From positions 100,690,001-100,754,000 of the forward strand of contig CM059431.1 of assembly GCA_030390025.1 (NCBI GenBank): 64,000 nucleotides of DNA, in the 5' to 3' direction. The position numbers and the translations under genes were made by a program. This document shows positions 40,838 through 54,110 of the stretch, in pieces (the first letter of the stretch is position 1; each line of letters starts with the position of its first letter). The notes beneath the pieces are model-generated. The model ran no database searches, had not been told where the DNA came from, and saw nothing but the letters and a program-made list of their open reading frames with translations. The DNA comes from Squalus acanthias (taxonomy: Eukaryota).

Positions 40838-41599
40838 GTCCTAAGCTCTGGAATTCCCTCCCTAAACCTCTCCGCCTCTCTATCTCTCTCTCTCCTCCTT
40901 TAAGATGCTCCTTCAAACCTACCTCACCTGTCCTAATATCTCATGTGGCTCGGTGACAAATTTTGTTTGATAATCGCTCCTGTGAAGCGCCTTGGGACAT
41001 TTAACTACGTTAAAGACGCTATATAAATGCAAGTTATTGTTGTTATGTCTGACCTAAATGTAGCTTTTATATGACTCCCCCATTCGATAATATACATTGA
41101 GCATAGCCCTCTAAATGTGTACTTAGTATTCAGTCTACTGCAGTTCTGCTAATCAAATATACAGAAGTATTCACTACTGTGAATAGTACAATCACCATTA
41201 AATTAGCAACACATCTCTGTCTGCTGGCTGCAAGAACTCCTACATGAAATGAGTTCGGGCAGTCTTAACCTAGTTCCTAGTGGTCATGGGCCCACATCTC
41301 AAAACTGTTTTAAAGTTGATACAATCTCACTCAGGGAAGCAGTAAGATATCTGATGTTGGAAGTGGCAAACATCACACTGGTGCTGGTCTGAAGTTGCGA
41401 TTAAGGCACATTCTTAAGGCAGAGTAGAATAATCAGCATCAAATCCATGCTTATCAGATCCAAGACTGATTGATGCGGACAATGGCTGCTCAAATATGCG
41501 AATTCCATTTCCAAGCTCTAGCATTCTCTCACCTTGATGAGCAGTGAATTTATCAAATAAAAATGTTGTTGTTGTTGAAAAAATAGGAATGCAATCATA

Positions 41600-41950
41600 G
41601 CAACAACAGCAACTTGCATTTATATAGCACCTTTAACGTAGTAAAATGTCCCAAGGTGCTTCACAGGAGCAATTATCAAACAAAAATTGACACCGAGCCA
41701 CATAAGGAGATATTAGGGATAGGTGACCAAAAGCTTGGTCAAAGAGGTAGGTTTTAAGGAGCGTCTTAAAGGAGGAGAGAGAGGCGGAAAGGTTTAGGGA
41801 AGGAATTCCAGAGCTTAGGGCCCAGGGAGCTGAAGGCACAGCCGCCAATGAGGGAGCGATGAAAATCAGGGATGCGCAAGGGGTCAGAATTGGAGGAGGG
41901 GGGAGATCTGGGAGGGTTGTAGGGCTGGTGGAAGTTACAGAGATGGGTGG
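41600..41950 (-). mobile_element. L2 3' fragment
   Basis: FKTLLKTYLFDQAFG; (caa)n tail. Confidence 0.8.
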
Positions 41951-43239
41951 GGGGGGAGGTGGATTTGAACACAAAACGCAAGTGACAGGCACTGTTAAAA
42001 GTGAAAATCACATAATATTCAGACTATTTCCTCAATGCGAGCCGCATCCATGCTAGGTTAGTACCCATATTATAATGAAGCTCAGTTAGCGTCACTTCCT
42101 GCTTATTGTCACATTCTGGGCTGCCTAATTGAAAGTGACAATAACAAGGCTCCACTGCATTAATTAGTGACTGAGTACCTCTGCTTGATCGTCAGTGGAA
42201 GTGCTGTAATGACGCCTCCTGACCTAGAGGGTCACTATCTGCCAGTGGAGCATGTCCATATTACAATAGACGAACAGCTGCGCTCTTTAGCACTTTTTTG
42301 GGGGGGGGCATTTAAAAAAAATGAGGATAAAACTCCTCATCAACTTCTGCTTTGAAGAAATAAACTGAAGAAAATGCTGTAAACACAGCCAGAAAAAATG
42401 TTCAGAAAATTTGGGAAATTGTAAGCTCCTGTTAGGCTGTTGAGTTATTATGAACAATTAGTTATATCAGAAGTTCCACTTAAGCTACTAAACAGTCAAC
42501 TATGTTCTTTTTTTGTCCAACTGAACGAAACCTTATGTCTTAAATTAAAGCTGTGGGTTTATCCCTGGTTGGAATGGCTTTTAAACTACATCTAAACAAA
42601 TATTCCATGACTTAAACAGATACTTTAAAAAATTTAATATGGCCATAAACTGTGCACTTTCCTGTGAAGCATGTGATCTAAAGCATTGTCCTGTAGTTGC
42701 TGACAAAGTAATTACACCCTATGCAGGGAACTAGTAAGCAAATGCATAAAGTGAAAAGCAGTTTTAAATGGTACACGACATTCTGAGATTTTATATGTGC
42801 ATTATGGAACACCGAAAGTTAAAGTGATGATGCACTAACTTTTAACAGGTCTAAAGGGTTAATTTTAAGGAACAGAATTGCAGTATAATTTCAGGAACTG
42901 GCCACTATTCTCTGATTTTTCTAGAATCATTATGCCATTCAAACACTTTTCCGGCCTGCTTGCGCCAGCGAGGCTCGTGCAATTTTCCCTCCATGCTTTC
43001 GGTTGAATCTGATCAAGCCCGAACTCTCGAGTTATCATAATACAGACTGATGAGCCCAGCTGAGTCATCAAAAGCACCACTGTGAAGGTTTCAGCCTTGC
43101 TTTAAATCAGGCCCCTCTCTCTCAACTCACATGTTCGTTACTCACAGGCGAACTGCCATGTCTGTCCTTTCCGCAAGATTAATCAACAGCAAGGGGGGGG
43201 CGGGCGGTGGGGGGGTTGGAAATCAACAACAAAACTTAC

Positions 43240-43293
43240 CAGACGTCTGGCAAATTCTTTGTTTTCTGAAAGAAACCCATATCCTGGGTGGAC
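43240..43293 (-). CDS. PCCA: PCCA exon (exon 6 equivalent), 54 bp, phase 0-0
   Basis: tag|VHPGYGFLSENKEFARRL|gtaagt; HPGYGFLSEN is the biotin carboxylase signature. Confidence 0.97.
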
Positions 43294-43831
43294 CTAAGGC
43301 AGAGAAAAAAAGCAGAAGGCATATATAATATAATCTTTTAAGCTTCTAATTAATCTTAAGTCTATCACCATTTATCTTATTCACCACTCGAAACAAGGGA
43401 AGAAATTTTTAGCGCATTGTCTGCCTGGCCATGTGTATTGGCAATGCTAATGTTCACTGATTTCCTGCATAATGAGTGGCTTATGGAACAACTACTACAA
43501 CAAATATTAAAGGGAAAATGCTAATCTGATGCTCAAAATTAATTAGAATTTTTTTTTAATTAATAATACTAATAAATAAAAGTAAATTATAAAATGAACT
43601 CAAGTTGCTCCCTGGTGTGAAGAGCTGAAGTCTGCAGCCACCTGCAAGAACAGTAACAGGCACTGCCAGATGCTACAGAGCCTTTGATTTCCAGTAGCGA
43701 TCAAGCTTGCAATTTAACTCGTGTCATATGAACTAAACTGGAAGAGGATAGTCGCTCCTTTACAAGTTCTGCCGTTTCCCGAGGAACATACAAGCAAGCA
43801 GCAATGGGCTTTAAAGCACATTCAGACTCAC

Positions 43832-43945
43832 AGCTTGGGCACCCGTCTTTTGAATGGCTTCCATGATGGCATCCAGGTTGAGGTAGCTTTTGTTGGAGGG
43901 GGCTGGTCCAACGCAGGAAACCTCATCTGCCATTTTAACATGAAC
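43832..43945 (-). CDS. PCCA: PCCA exon (human exon 5 equivalent), 114 bp, phase 0-0
   Basis: Reverse complement reads cag|[38 protein letters not shown]|gtgagt; biotin carboxylase N-terminal motif. Confidence 0.96.
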
Positions 43946-45211
43946 CTGCGGGAACAAAGAGAAAATTCTGCTTCAACAGGATATTCTCAAGTGAAAATAA
44001 TTAACTTATATTTTACATTCACGCGAGGCTTTAGAAGAGGTGACTCTGACAGGATTTAAAACATGTTCTTTATCCACGTTGCGTTTTGGTTTGGTGAACA
44101 ATGAATGTACTGCAGTACCTACAAAATGATTTAAAAATCAGCAAGAGACTTTTAAAGTGCACTTTTACACAAGAGAATGATTATGGGCAATCACTGTATC
44201 AATTGTTAAAATTAATTGTGATTAAAAATGAATGAATGGCCGTGGTCATTTAATGTGTCTGTAGCAATGAATGTTTGGAAATACAACTGACGATTACATG
44301 TAGCCTAGGTAGTTAATAAAATTGCACTGAATAACAAACACTCATGGCCATTTCTAAGCAGGCTCCCCAGGATGTTGGAGATAATTAGAGTGAATTGAAT
44401 GCAGGGATGCTCCAAATGTCCCTGCACAGCATCAGGTCAGCAACATGCACAAATTAAGGGCAATGTCTAAAGAGTTCAATATCGTTTCACGTGAACCGGA
44501 AAATCTAGGGAATTATTTATCCAGGCAGGCACTGACTCAAAAGTTTCACCCACACCCATAATTCTTCTTTTCTAAGAAAAAAGAACCAGAGGGAGTTATC
44601 TGCGGTTTAACATTCAATTAAAGTGCAGAATGTTATCGAATTTAATGTCGTTAGTCTGTTGCATTATAGCGCTTTACTGGCCGGAATTACTGCGACACGC
44701 GCGTGCTGAATTCTACTTAGAAGAGTTGTCACAATCAATTTTAAAAGTAATATTCACAAACTTTTTTTAAAAAGTGACAAATTTAGTGCAAGCTTACTTG
44801 ACTGGTTCTGGTTTAAGGGGGCGGGGGAGGAGACAAAGATTTCCGCTGTCCACCATTCAGGGCAAAATCAAAAACATGTACATAAAAAAAAGATTTATGG
44901 TTTTGCCATCAATAGTAAACAGTGGCATTCTTCTCCTTTAAACTAGGACTAGGATTGTTCTTCAGAACTATCTCACCTGAAAACTGATTGGTGCAATGGT
45001 TTAGACATTTGTTTGCACCTCTAAGACGGAGTTCAAATCGAGTAAGGGTGCGATGTGAGATGAGTCTGGTTAGTCTCAATCCAGCTCCTAGTGGGCAAAC
45101 GGTGCCATGAATGGAAGGTGTTCCATTCCATCGCACGAGCATCCTGCACCTTCATGGGTGCAAAAAATTCACCAAGAAAACAGCTAGATCAGCCAGACCA
45201 AATCATTAAAA

Positions 45212-46100
45212 AGAAAGAACTTGCATTTATATAGCGCCTTTCACGACCTCAGAATGCCCCAAAGCGATTTACAGCCAATGAAGTACTTTTGAAGTGCAGT
45301 CACCATTGAAAAGTAGGAAACGTGGCTGATAAGTGGCAAGTAACATTCGCGCCACACAAGTGCCAGGCAATGACCTTCTCCAACAAGAGAAAGTCTAGCC
45401 ACCTCCCCTTGACATTCAATGGGATCACCATTGCCGAATCCCCCACCGTTAACATCCATTGACCAGACACTTAACTGGACCAGCCACATAAATCTGTGAC
45501 TACAAGAGCAGGTCAGAGGCTGGGTATTCTGCAGCGAGTGACTCACCTCCTGACTCCCCAGAGCCTTTCAACCATCTACAAGGCACAAGTCAGGAGTGTG
45601 ATGGAATACTCTCCACTTGCCTGGATGAGTGCAGCTCCAACAACACTCAAGAATCTCGACACCATCCAGGACAAAGCAGCCCGCTTGATTGGCACCCCAT
45701 CCACCACCTTAAACACTCACTCCCTCCACCACCGGCGCACCGTGGCTGCAGTGTGCACCATCTACAAGATGCAGTGCAGCAACTCGCCAAGGCTTCTTCG
45801 CCAGCACCTCCCAAACCCGTGACCTCCGACACCTAGAAGGACAAGGGCAGTAAGCTCATGGGAACACCACCACCTCCTTCCCTAACAGCACTGTGGGAGT
45901 ACCTTCACCACACGGACTGCAGCGGTTCAAGAAGGCGGCTCACCACCACCTTCTCAAGGGCAATTAGGGATGGGCAATAAATGCTGGACTTGCCAGCGAC
46001 GCCCACATCCCATGAATGAATAAAGAAAAGCCAATTTGCGCACAGCAAGGTCCCACAAACAGCAATGAGATAATGGCCACATACACTGTTTTTTTAGTGA
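45212..46100. mobile_element. Minus-strand Deu-SINE fragment interrupted by a plus-strand LINE (about 45325-46025)
   Basis: IYKAQVRSVMEYSPLAW motif; SINE resumes at gccaatttgcgcacagc. Confidence 0.8.
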
Positions 46101-46687
46101 TATAGAAGTGAAAAGATATGTGTATTTCTATATCCAGTTTGCATTTTCATCAAATGTGGAGTTGGCTATATTCAGAGGAGGGGGCTGACATTTAGCAATA
46201 TTTACTCAATGGGAGTTTTTCTCATTGTGAAGCATTTAGGAACAGTTCCATTGCATGATGAGGTTTACACTTACCTAACCAGCAGTTTCCCAGTATTATT
46301 TCACCGGCTTGCTGCATCTATTAGACGGGTCTTATTTGAGAATTATGAAAAATGTCATTTAGATTCTTAATATCAATTAAGTCTGGGAGATATACGGGAA
46401 TACTCGGATGAGAAATTCCTACAAGCAAGAGCTGGATTCCTTCACGCGAGAGCTGGACCTGTTTGTGGCTGGGGCGGACATCACCTCTTACAGAAGGGAG
46501 GTACTGCAGGGAATTCAGGGCCAGAGTGATCTCCTGGACTAGTTTCAATCGGATGGGTCGGTAAGGCATTTCCCAGATTTTTTCCCCCAAAATAGCCTGG
46601 GTTTTTCATCTGGTTTTCTGCCTCTCCCATGAGAGCACATGGTTTCGGGTGGGGTGGAGAGTGTATATGTTGTGGGGTGGAGAGTGT

Positions 46688-46945
46688 CCCATTACCATCT
46701 CGTCTTGCCTTGAGCATCTCTTAATGTCTCTACTTACCATAGACCACCCCTTTTGTTCTCCCCCCAGCCTCCCCCTTGCTTTTTTATCTGTTTCATTTCC
46801 TGCTTTTTTCTCAGTTCTGACGAAGGGTTTCGACCTGAAACGTTAACTCTGTTTCTCTCTCCATGGATGTTGCCTGGCCTGCTGAGTTTTCCAGCATTTT
46901 CTGTTGTTGTTTCAATTTTCTAGCATCCACAGTATTTTGCTATCG
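46688..46945 (+). mobile_element. Penelope-like 3' end with hammerhead (46813-46848), inserted in a CR1-type 3'UTR repeat
   Basis: AGUU-CUGACGA-A-GGGU(UUCG)ACCU-GAAACGUU-AACU; ends gtattttgctatcg; 20-bp duplication tggagagtgtatatgttgtg at 46655 and 46946. Confidence 0.8.
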
Positions 46946-47239
46946 TGGAGAGTGTATATGTTGTGATACACAAGGTATCGCAATTGTGTAGGACAGGCTC
47001 GATGGACCGGTCCTTCATTGTTCATATGTAACCTGACCTTTCTGAGGTAACAGCACTTCTTTTAGTTTTGGAATCTGCCCTCTCTCACCACAAGAAAATA
47101 AAGATAGTGCAAATGGATATAGGCATATCCTACTTAACTCCACAACTATAACCACTCTTTTCCCCACACCCCCTCCAACCTTCCCCAGCAGACACCTTAA
47201 TACCGAGCCACACAGTCCAGGCTCGATCTCTCGCTGCAC

Positions 47240-48770
47240 TATTTTGAAGAAGAGCAGGGGAGTTCTCCCCGGTGTCCTGGCCAATATTTATCCGTCAATC
47301 TCAACATCACTAAAAAACAGATTATCTGGTCATTAGCACATTGCTGTTTGTGGGAACTTGCTGTGCGCAAATTGGTTGCCGTGTTTCCCACATTACAACA
47401 GTGACCACACTTCATGGCTGTAAAGTGCTTTGGGATGTCCGGTGGTCATGAAAGGCGCTATATAAATGCAAGTCGTTCTTTCTTTTTACTAAACCCATGT
47501 CCCTTAGTCTAGTGGCAGACTGGTAGACACATAGACCCACCAAACACTGAGTCCACTGCCAAGTCCCGTTCACGCATCCTCCCGTTGCTCACTGACCTAC
47601 AGTGGCTCCCGGTCTGGCGACACCTCGATTTAAAAAATTCCCATCCTTGCTTTCAAATCCCTCCATGGCCCTCACCCCCTCCCCATCTCTGTAACCACCT
47701 CCAGCCCTACAACCCTCCGAGATCTCTGCGCTCCTCCATTCTGGCCTCTTGTGCATCCCCGATTTTCATCGCTCCACCATTGGCAGCCGTGCCTTCAACT
47801 GCCTCGGCCTCAAGCTGTGGAATTCCCTCCCTAAACCTCTCGCCTCTCTCTCCTCCTTTAAGACGCTCCTGTCCTAATATCTCCTTATGTGGCTTGGTGT
47901 CAAATTTTATTTAATAATGCTACTGTGAAGCGCTTGGAGACGTTTTACTACATTAAGGGAGCTATATAAATGCAAGTTCTTGCTGTTAAGGGAGCCAGTG
48001 TCTAATTTTTATCCCTTCCTGTGGTGAAGGACTGGTTTCAGTTCAACGCTACTCCCTGGTAGTTAACATGGCTGCAATGAAGAACACAGTATGCAGGAAA
48101 CTGTGGGGACAAACCTACATCCTACCACTCTATGGAACATGGAGAACCAATCTATTCCCTTGCTCTATTTATTTTGTGGTCGTTTTTTTTAGCTGAATGG
48201 TTGATGAAAGTATCTTACAGCACTGAACTCAATTCTGGTTCTAGCAAAGAGCCAAAATTGGAATAAGCAGCAGCAGTCAGTGGCATACAAATACAAACGA
48301 CATATTTCTGAAATAGATGGCTTCTGTGCAACATTAAAACAACAGCAACATACATTTATATTACATAGGATATACGGCACAGAAACAGGCCATTCGGCCC
48401 AACCAGTCTATGCCGGCGTTTATGCGCCACTCGAGCCTCCTCCCGTCTTTCCTCATCTAAATCTATCAGCGTAACCCTCTATTCCCTTTTCCCTCATATG
48501 CTTGTCCAGCCTCCCCTTAAATGCATCTATACTATTTGCTTCAACCACTCCCTGTGGTAGCGAGTACCAGATTATAGCGCCTTCAATGTAGTAAAATGTC
48601 ACAAGGCGCTTCGTAGAAGTGTAAATCAGACAAAATTTGACAAAGAGGTAGGTTTTAAGGAGCGTCTTAAAAGAGGAGAGAGGGGTAGAGAAGTTTGAGG
48701 AGGGAAATCCAGAGCTTGGGACCCAGCAGCTGAAGGCAAGGCCACCAATGGTGGGGCACTGAAAATCGGC
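47240..48770. mobile_element. Cluster: Deu-SINE tail (+), L2 (+, about 47560-47987), CR1 tail (-, about 48360-48567), L2 (-)
   Basis: Similarity to other copies in the window. Confidence 0.75.
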
Positions 48771-49834
48771 AGATGGAAGAATGTCTTTTTTCTCCACAAT
48801 AGCTCACCTTTAGCTCTTACTGATACGACAAAGGTTCAGTTGTGCAGCATCGGTGGGACACTGCAGCTTTAAATGTATAACGGGACAAATAAGCCCTCGG
48901 AAACACTTCAAACTGACCACAGATCCATGTATCCAAAAAAATATTAGGCACATTAGTCTGTGTCTTATATGATGTCAATATTGGCATCCAAGAACTAAGG
49001 ATTTTCAGCCATGCTAAAGAGCAATACTTTATTTTGACCGATCTTCTCAAATCATAGACTGAGATGGGTCTTTGTCTCCCTGAGTGCCTCAAAAATGGCC
49101 ATTCTTCATGTACAAGCTTAATCAAAGGCCAAGCATCATGTACTTAATCATCAGGTGCCGGGCATCACAGAAGAGCCCGATTCTGTTTCACCCAATATCT
49201 ACACAGGCACACTTTCCGGCAGAGATCATAAGACAGCAATCAGAAGCTGCAACACTGACTGAGTTTCCTTCCCCTCGTTAGGCAATTATTCACGCCTACC
49301 GCCATTCTAGCAGGGATCAGCTACGTGGGTACAAACCAAGTACTGTACTGAACTTGGGATCTTCCTGTTCTGGCATCACTCGGTACCACAGCATCACCTG
49401 CCCCGCCATAAGGTAAATGGAAGAACTCAGTAATGGGGACTAAGAGGATGAAAACTATTTTTTTTTAAATTGCATTTTCTACCTGTCACGTCTCTAGGAT
49501 AGTAATAACTTGTTTCTAAGGGCCTGCTTTAGGCTGAAAATGCGACAAAAATAGGCCTTTAGAATATGTAACTGGGCCTACATATGTACCACACACATAG
49601 AGCAAAGTACTTACAAGTGCTGCAATTGCGTGCACATTTATTGAGAAAGAATCAGGGAAAAGCAAATCTACAGTATTTACTGTGTTTACATATAAGAATT
49701 AAGAGTATTCTTGCTGCATATATTTTAACCCCCTCACTAGCCAACCGCATTCGTACAAACACTTCCTCTGGCACTTAGTTCCGTTTGCTAGCAAGTGGCT
49801 GTTGACAACATTTTATCAAACTAAATTTAATTCA

Positions 49835-50161
49835 TAATAACAACAGAAAACGCTGGAAAAACTCAGCAGGCCAGGCAGCATCCGTGGAGAGAGAAACAGA
49901 GTTAACGTTTCAGGTCGAAGATCTTTCGTCAGAACTGGAAAAAGCAGGAAATGGAATAGATTTAAAGCAAGGATAAAGCTGGGAAAATATCCTTGCTTTA
50001 AATCTATTTCATTTCCTGCTTTTTCCAGTTCTGACGAAAGGTCTTCGACCTGAAACGTTAACTCTGTTTCTCTCTCCACAGATGCTGCCTGGCCTGCTGA
50101 GTTTTTCCAGCGTTTTCTGTTGTTATTTCGGATTTCCAGCATCCGCAGTATTTTGCTATCG
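49835..50161 (+). mobile_element. Penelope-like element with inverted terminal-repeat arms and two hammerhead motifs
   Basis: Arms 49836-49975 and 49988-50127 with about 3 mismatches; 13-bp TSD taaatttaattca at 49822 and 50162; same 3' end as the 46688 copy. Confidence 0.88.
50027..50063 (+). ncRNA. Minimal hammerhead ribozyme motif
   Basis: AGUU-CUGACGA-A-AGGUC(UUC)GACCU-GAAA-CG-UU-AACU. Confidence 0.72.
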
Positions 50162-50731
50162 TAAATTTAATTCAGGCCAGTTTAAACACATTAAGAGTCA
50201 CCTACTGCTCACATAAAATGGAAAACTGAAGCAGGTGACACATCTAGATTTGTAACACGGGGAAGGCTTTTGCAAAAAAAATACAAGTTATGCACTGTCG
50301 AAGAGAATTACTAACACAGATGAGTGTCGAGCTCGCTTAATCACTCAGTGGGGAAGAGGACTGCCTTGGTGCAGCACTGGCGTTGGTAACTCTGGTTGGA
50401 GGCAGTCCCGGAGGTTCCACCACATGAGCTTTTGCCTCCAACCCTCCCGCCAGTGGTCTCCCAACATGTCCACCCTTGCAGTGCCCCGCCCTCCCACGCC
50501 AATTGGAAACAAGACTCTTCATTACCTGACTGGATGATTCATGACCGTCAGTTCAACAGCCTTTCCCAGCCCCCCATCTCCAATACTTTCAGAACTAATA
50601 AATGAAAGCGTTCAAAGAATATTTTCACGGCCCCACGATTTTTTTTTTTCTCCTGGGTTACTCGCAGGAGTGTCCTGGAGCTCAATCTTTAATTCCTGGA
50701 GATTCCAGGGCAATCCAGAAGGGTCAGCAAC

Positions 50732-50875
50732 CAATGTTCCCTTTAAGCTGCACGGCGGCACAGCACTCCACAGCTCCCGCGCAGCCGGCTCACCAGCTTC
50801 TAAATAGGAAAAACCGCGCACGCACGGGATTTTGAATGGGCTGCACACCCAAAAAAACAATTAAAGGGAACTTTG
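50732..50875. mobile_element. hAT-type MITE (same family as 40722 and 54506)
   Basis: caatgttccctttaa ... ttaaagggaactttg; no clear TSD. Confidence 0.65.
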
Positions 50876-51199
50876 TTGGAAGCCCTATGCAGCACTTAGC
50901 TTGGCAATTCAGGAAGACTCTGGGTTTGTTCCAGGTCTGTGCTAAGCTAATTGATCTCCGCCAGCTTGGAGGCAGGGCCAGTGACATTTATTTCAAGCCC
51001 CCCCCCCGCCGCCCCTCAGGAAACAATTGTTCAGGATTCCCGCTTGTAACAATATGTAGTGACTGTTGACTGGGATTGGTGGGCAATGGCTGAGAAAAGG
51101 ACCAGGTTTGGCTGTGCCCAATTGAGTACCCTGCTGAAACTTACTGTCAAGGCTTAACAGGAGTTGCAGGCTTCAAAAGAATGGAGAAGAAAGAAAGAG

Positions 51200-52190
51200 A
51201 GAGACTTGCATTTATACGGCGCCTTTCATGACCTCAGGCCGTCCCAAAGTGCTTCAAATCCAGTGAAGTGCTTTTGAAGTGTAGTCACTGTTTAATGTAG
51301 GTAAACACCAATTTGCCCATAGCAAGGTTCCCACAAACAGCAGTAAGATATATGACCAGGTAATCTGTTTAGTGGTGTTGGTTGGGTGATAAGTATCGGC
51401 CAGGACACCAGGGGTAGCTCCCCTGCTCTTCTTCGAATATTACGCGGAATCTTTTACGTCCACCTCAAAGAGCAGATGTGGCCACGGTTTAATGGCTCAT
51501 CTGAAAGACGGCCCCTCCAACAGTGCGGCGCTCCCTCAGTACCGCCCCTCCGACAGTGCAGCGCTCCCTCAGCACTGCCCCTCCGACAGTGCAGCACTCC
51601 CTCAGTACTGCCCCTCCGACAGTGCGGGGCTCCCTCAGTACTGCCCCTCCGACAGTGCGGGGCTCCCTCAGTACTGCCCCTCCGACAGTGCGGCGATCCC
51701 TCAGTACTGCCCCTCCGACAGTGCAGCACTCCCTCAGTACTGACCCTCCGACAGTGCGGCGCTCCCTCAGTACTGCCCCTCTGACAGCGCGGCGCTCCCT
51801 CAGTACAGCCCCACCGACAGTGCGGCGCTCCCTCAGTACTGCCCCTCTGACAGCGCGGCGCTCCCTCAGTACTGCCCCTCCGACAGCGCGGCGCTCCCTC
51901 AGTACAGCCCCACCGACAGTGCGGCGCTCCCTCAGTACTGCCCCTCTGACAGCGCGGCGCTCCCTCAGTACTGCCCCTCCGACAGCGCGGCGCTCCCTCA
52001 GTACTGCCCCTCTGACAGCGCGGCGCTCCCTCAGTACTGCCCCTCTGACAGCGCGGCGCTCCCTCAGTACTGCCCCTCTGACAGCGCGGCGCTCCCTCAG
52101 CCTGGATTGTGTGTTCAAGTCTCTCAAATGGGACTTGAACACACAACCTTCTGACGCGGAGGCGAGAGTGCGACCCATTGAGCCACAGCG
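51200..52190 (-). mobile_element. Deu-SINE expanded by an internal minisatellite
   Basis: SINE head at about 52190, tail at about 51200. Confidence 0.85.
51518..52100. repeat. 33-bp minisatellite, about 17.7 units
   Basis: Unit cgacagtgcggcgctccctcagtactgcccctc; starts at 51518, 51551 ... 52079. Confidence 0.95.
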
Positions 52191-52634
52191 GATAACAAAA
52201 AAAACAACAAAGCTGTGTGAAAACCGCATCATTATTTCACTTCAAAACACCCTTACTATCACTCAACTCTTTAATTCCAAAAAACAGAATGGATCACTAG
52301 AAATTAGTTTGGTAGCTAAGCCACATGGAGACAGCATGGTGGGGAAGCAATATGATAGCACCAAGGTGTAATGGAACATCAGTGGGATGTAGAACCTCTC
52401 ACCACGGTACTGGGTTCCCAGACTTGGGTGCAATGATGTGAGAAAGCCCCAAGCAAAGGTCAGACTAAAATTAATTAGCAGTTGCACCCACAGACTGCTC
52501 CTCTGCATTCCAAGCAACCTACTAAGAGCGTCATTGGAGATGAAGGCCTGGAAGCAGAGCACCCACAGGACAAATGCTTTTAATCAAAAACAAAGGCAGC
52601 CTCATGTCTAGGTTATTATATCCAGTAATTCTTA

Positions 52635-53025
52635 AAGAAAGACTTGCATTTCTATAGCGCCTTTCACGACCTCAGGACGTCCCAAAGCGATTTACAGCTG
52701 ATGAAGTGCTTTTGAAGTGTAGTCACTGTTGTAATGTAGGAAACGTGCCCGCCAATTTGTGCACAGCAAGCTCCCACACACAAAATGTGATAATGATCAG
52801 ATCATCGGTTGGTTGAGGGATAATGATTGGCCAGGACACCGGGGAGAACGCCCCTGCTCTTCTCTGAAATAGTGCCGTGGGATCTTTTAGCGTCCACCTG
52901 AGGGGGTAGCCGTTAACGTCTGGTTTAACGTCTCACCCAAAAGACGGCACCTCCGACAGTGCGGCACTCCCTCAGTACTGCACTGGTGTCAGCCTGGATT
53001 TTGTGCTCAAGTCCCTGGAGTGGGT
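52635..53025 (-). mobile_element. Deu-SINE
   Basis: Family similarity; single 33-bp unit. Confidence 0.85.
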
Positions 53026-53834
53026 TACGTAAATAAAAAATGATGTAAGCACATAAATAGAGATGCGTGTAGATGTTAGCTTCCCCGATGGCTCAGCGAG
53101 GTTATTCAGAGAGCAGCTGAGCCATGGGGACCAGCAAGGTCCCAGGTTTGAGTTTTGGTCCGTGTTGAGTTAGGTCACCTGATTTTCCATTCGGTAACTT
53201 TGGATATGAAAGAGGAATATTGGCCAGGCTCCCACGTGATTAAGGCTCACTTGGACATCTGGCATTGGCGAAGTTGTACCTCAGTGAGGAGTTATAATGC
53301 CTTTAAGAGAAGAAAGGGGGGGGGGGAAATTGCCAAGAAAAAAAAACTGAGCGCAGATGACATTCACATTTAATCTTGTGGATGGCGTCACTGTATACAG
53401 GATTGGTACATATCATTTATCACCAAACAGCTCCGTAGCTCGCTGGATAAATCTGTCTCCTGCTGCAATTACCTTATCAGGCAAAAGTTCTCATTTTAAC
53501 ATCACCCTATGAAGACTACAAACAAATGTTCATCAAGAAGTCGTAGACTAAATTTTCACTAGTGTGATAATGCAGTGATTGATGATCTAATAACAGGCAA
53601 CAATGGGTTACAACTGACCTTTGTGAAGTATTTTCTCATTAAAATGACAAACACGAGAAGAGCAGCTCTGCTGGAACTACGCTGAGCATGAACCTACTTG
53701 GTCTAACTGAGTAGTTTGGAAAATTACTTCAGTGTTTCCTATATATGTGTCAGCAAGAGTAATGGACAAAGCCTCAAGTCAATGCTATATAAAGGAAGTT
53801 TGAAGAATAATGACAATTAAAAAAAAAAATTTAA

Positions 53835-54110
53835 GTCATAGAATCGCACAGCACAGAAGGAGGCCATTCGGCCCATCGTGCCTGTGCCGGCTCTTTGAAA
53901 GAGCTCTCCAATTAGTCCCACTCCCCCCTGCTCTTTCCCCATATTCCTGCAAATGTTTCCTTTTCAAGTATTTATCCAATTCCCTTTTGAAAGTTACTAT
54001 TGAATCTGCTTCCACCGCCCTTTCAGGCAGCGCATTCCAGATCACAACAACTCACTGCGTTGAAATTTTTTTTCCTCATCTCCCCTCTGGGTCTTTTGCC
54101 AATTACCTTA
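53835..54110 (-). mobile_element. CR1 3' fragment
   Basis: IWNALPERAVEADSIVTFKRELD. Confidence 0.8.

Noticed and set aside
43721..44059. Plus-strand 112-aa ORF over exon 5 (and similar short ORFs antisense to exons)
   Set aside because: Antisense shadow of the real minus-strand exon; no independent coding signal
51386..52371. Several long overlapping ORFs (up to 282 aa) with 11-aa repeats; superficially CRISPR-like periodicity
   Set aside because: Produced by a 33-bp tandem unit without stops; no unique spacers; lies inside a SINE in a vertebrate intron
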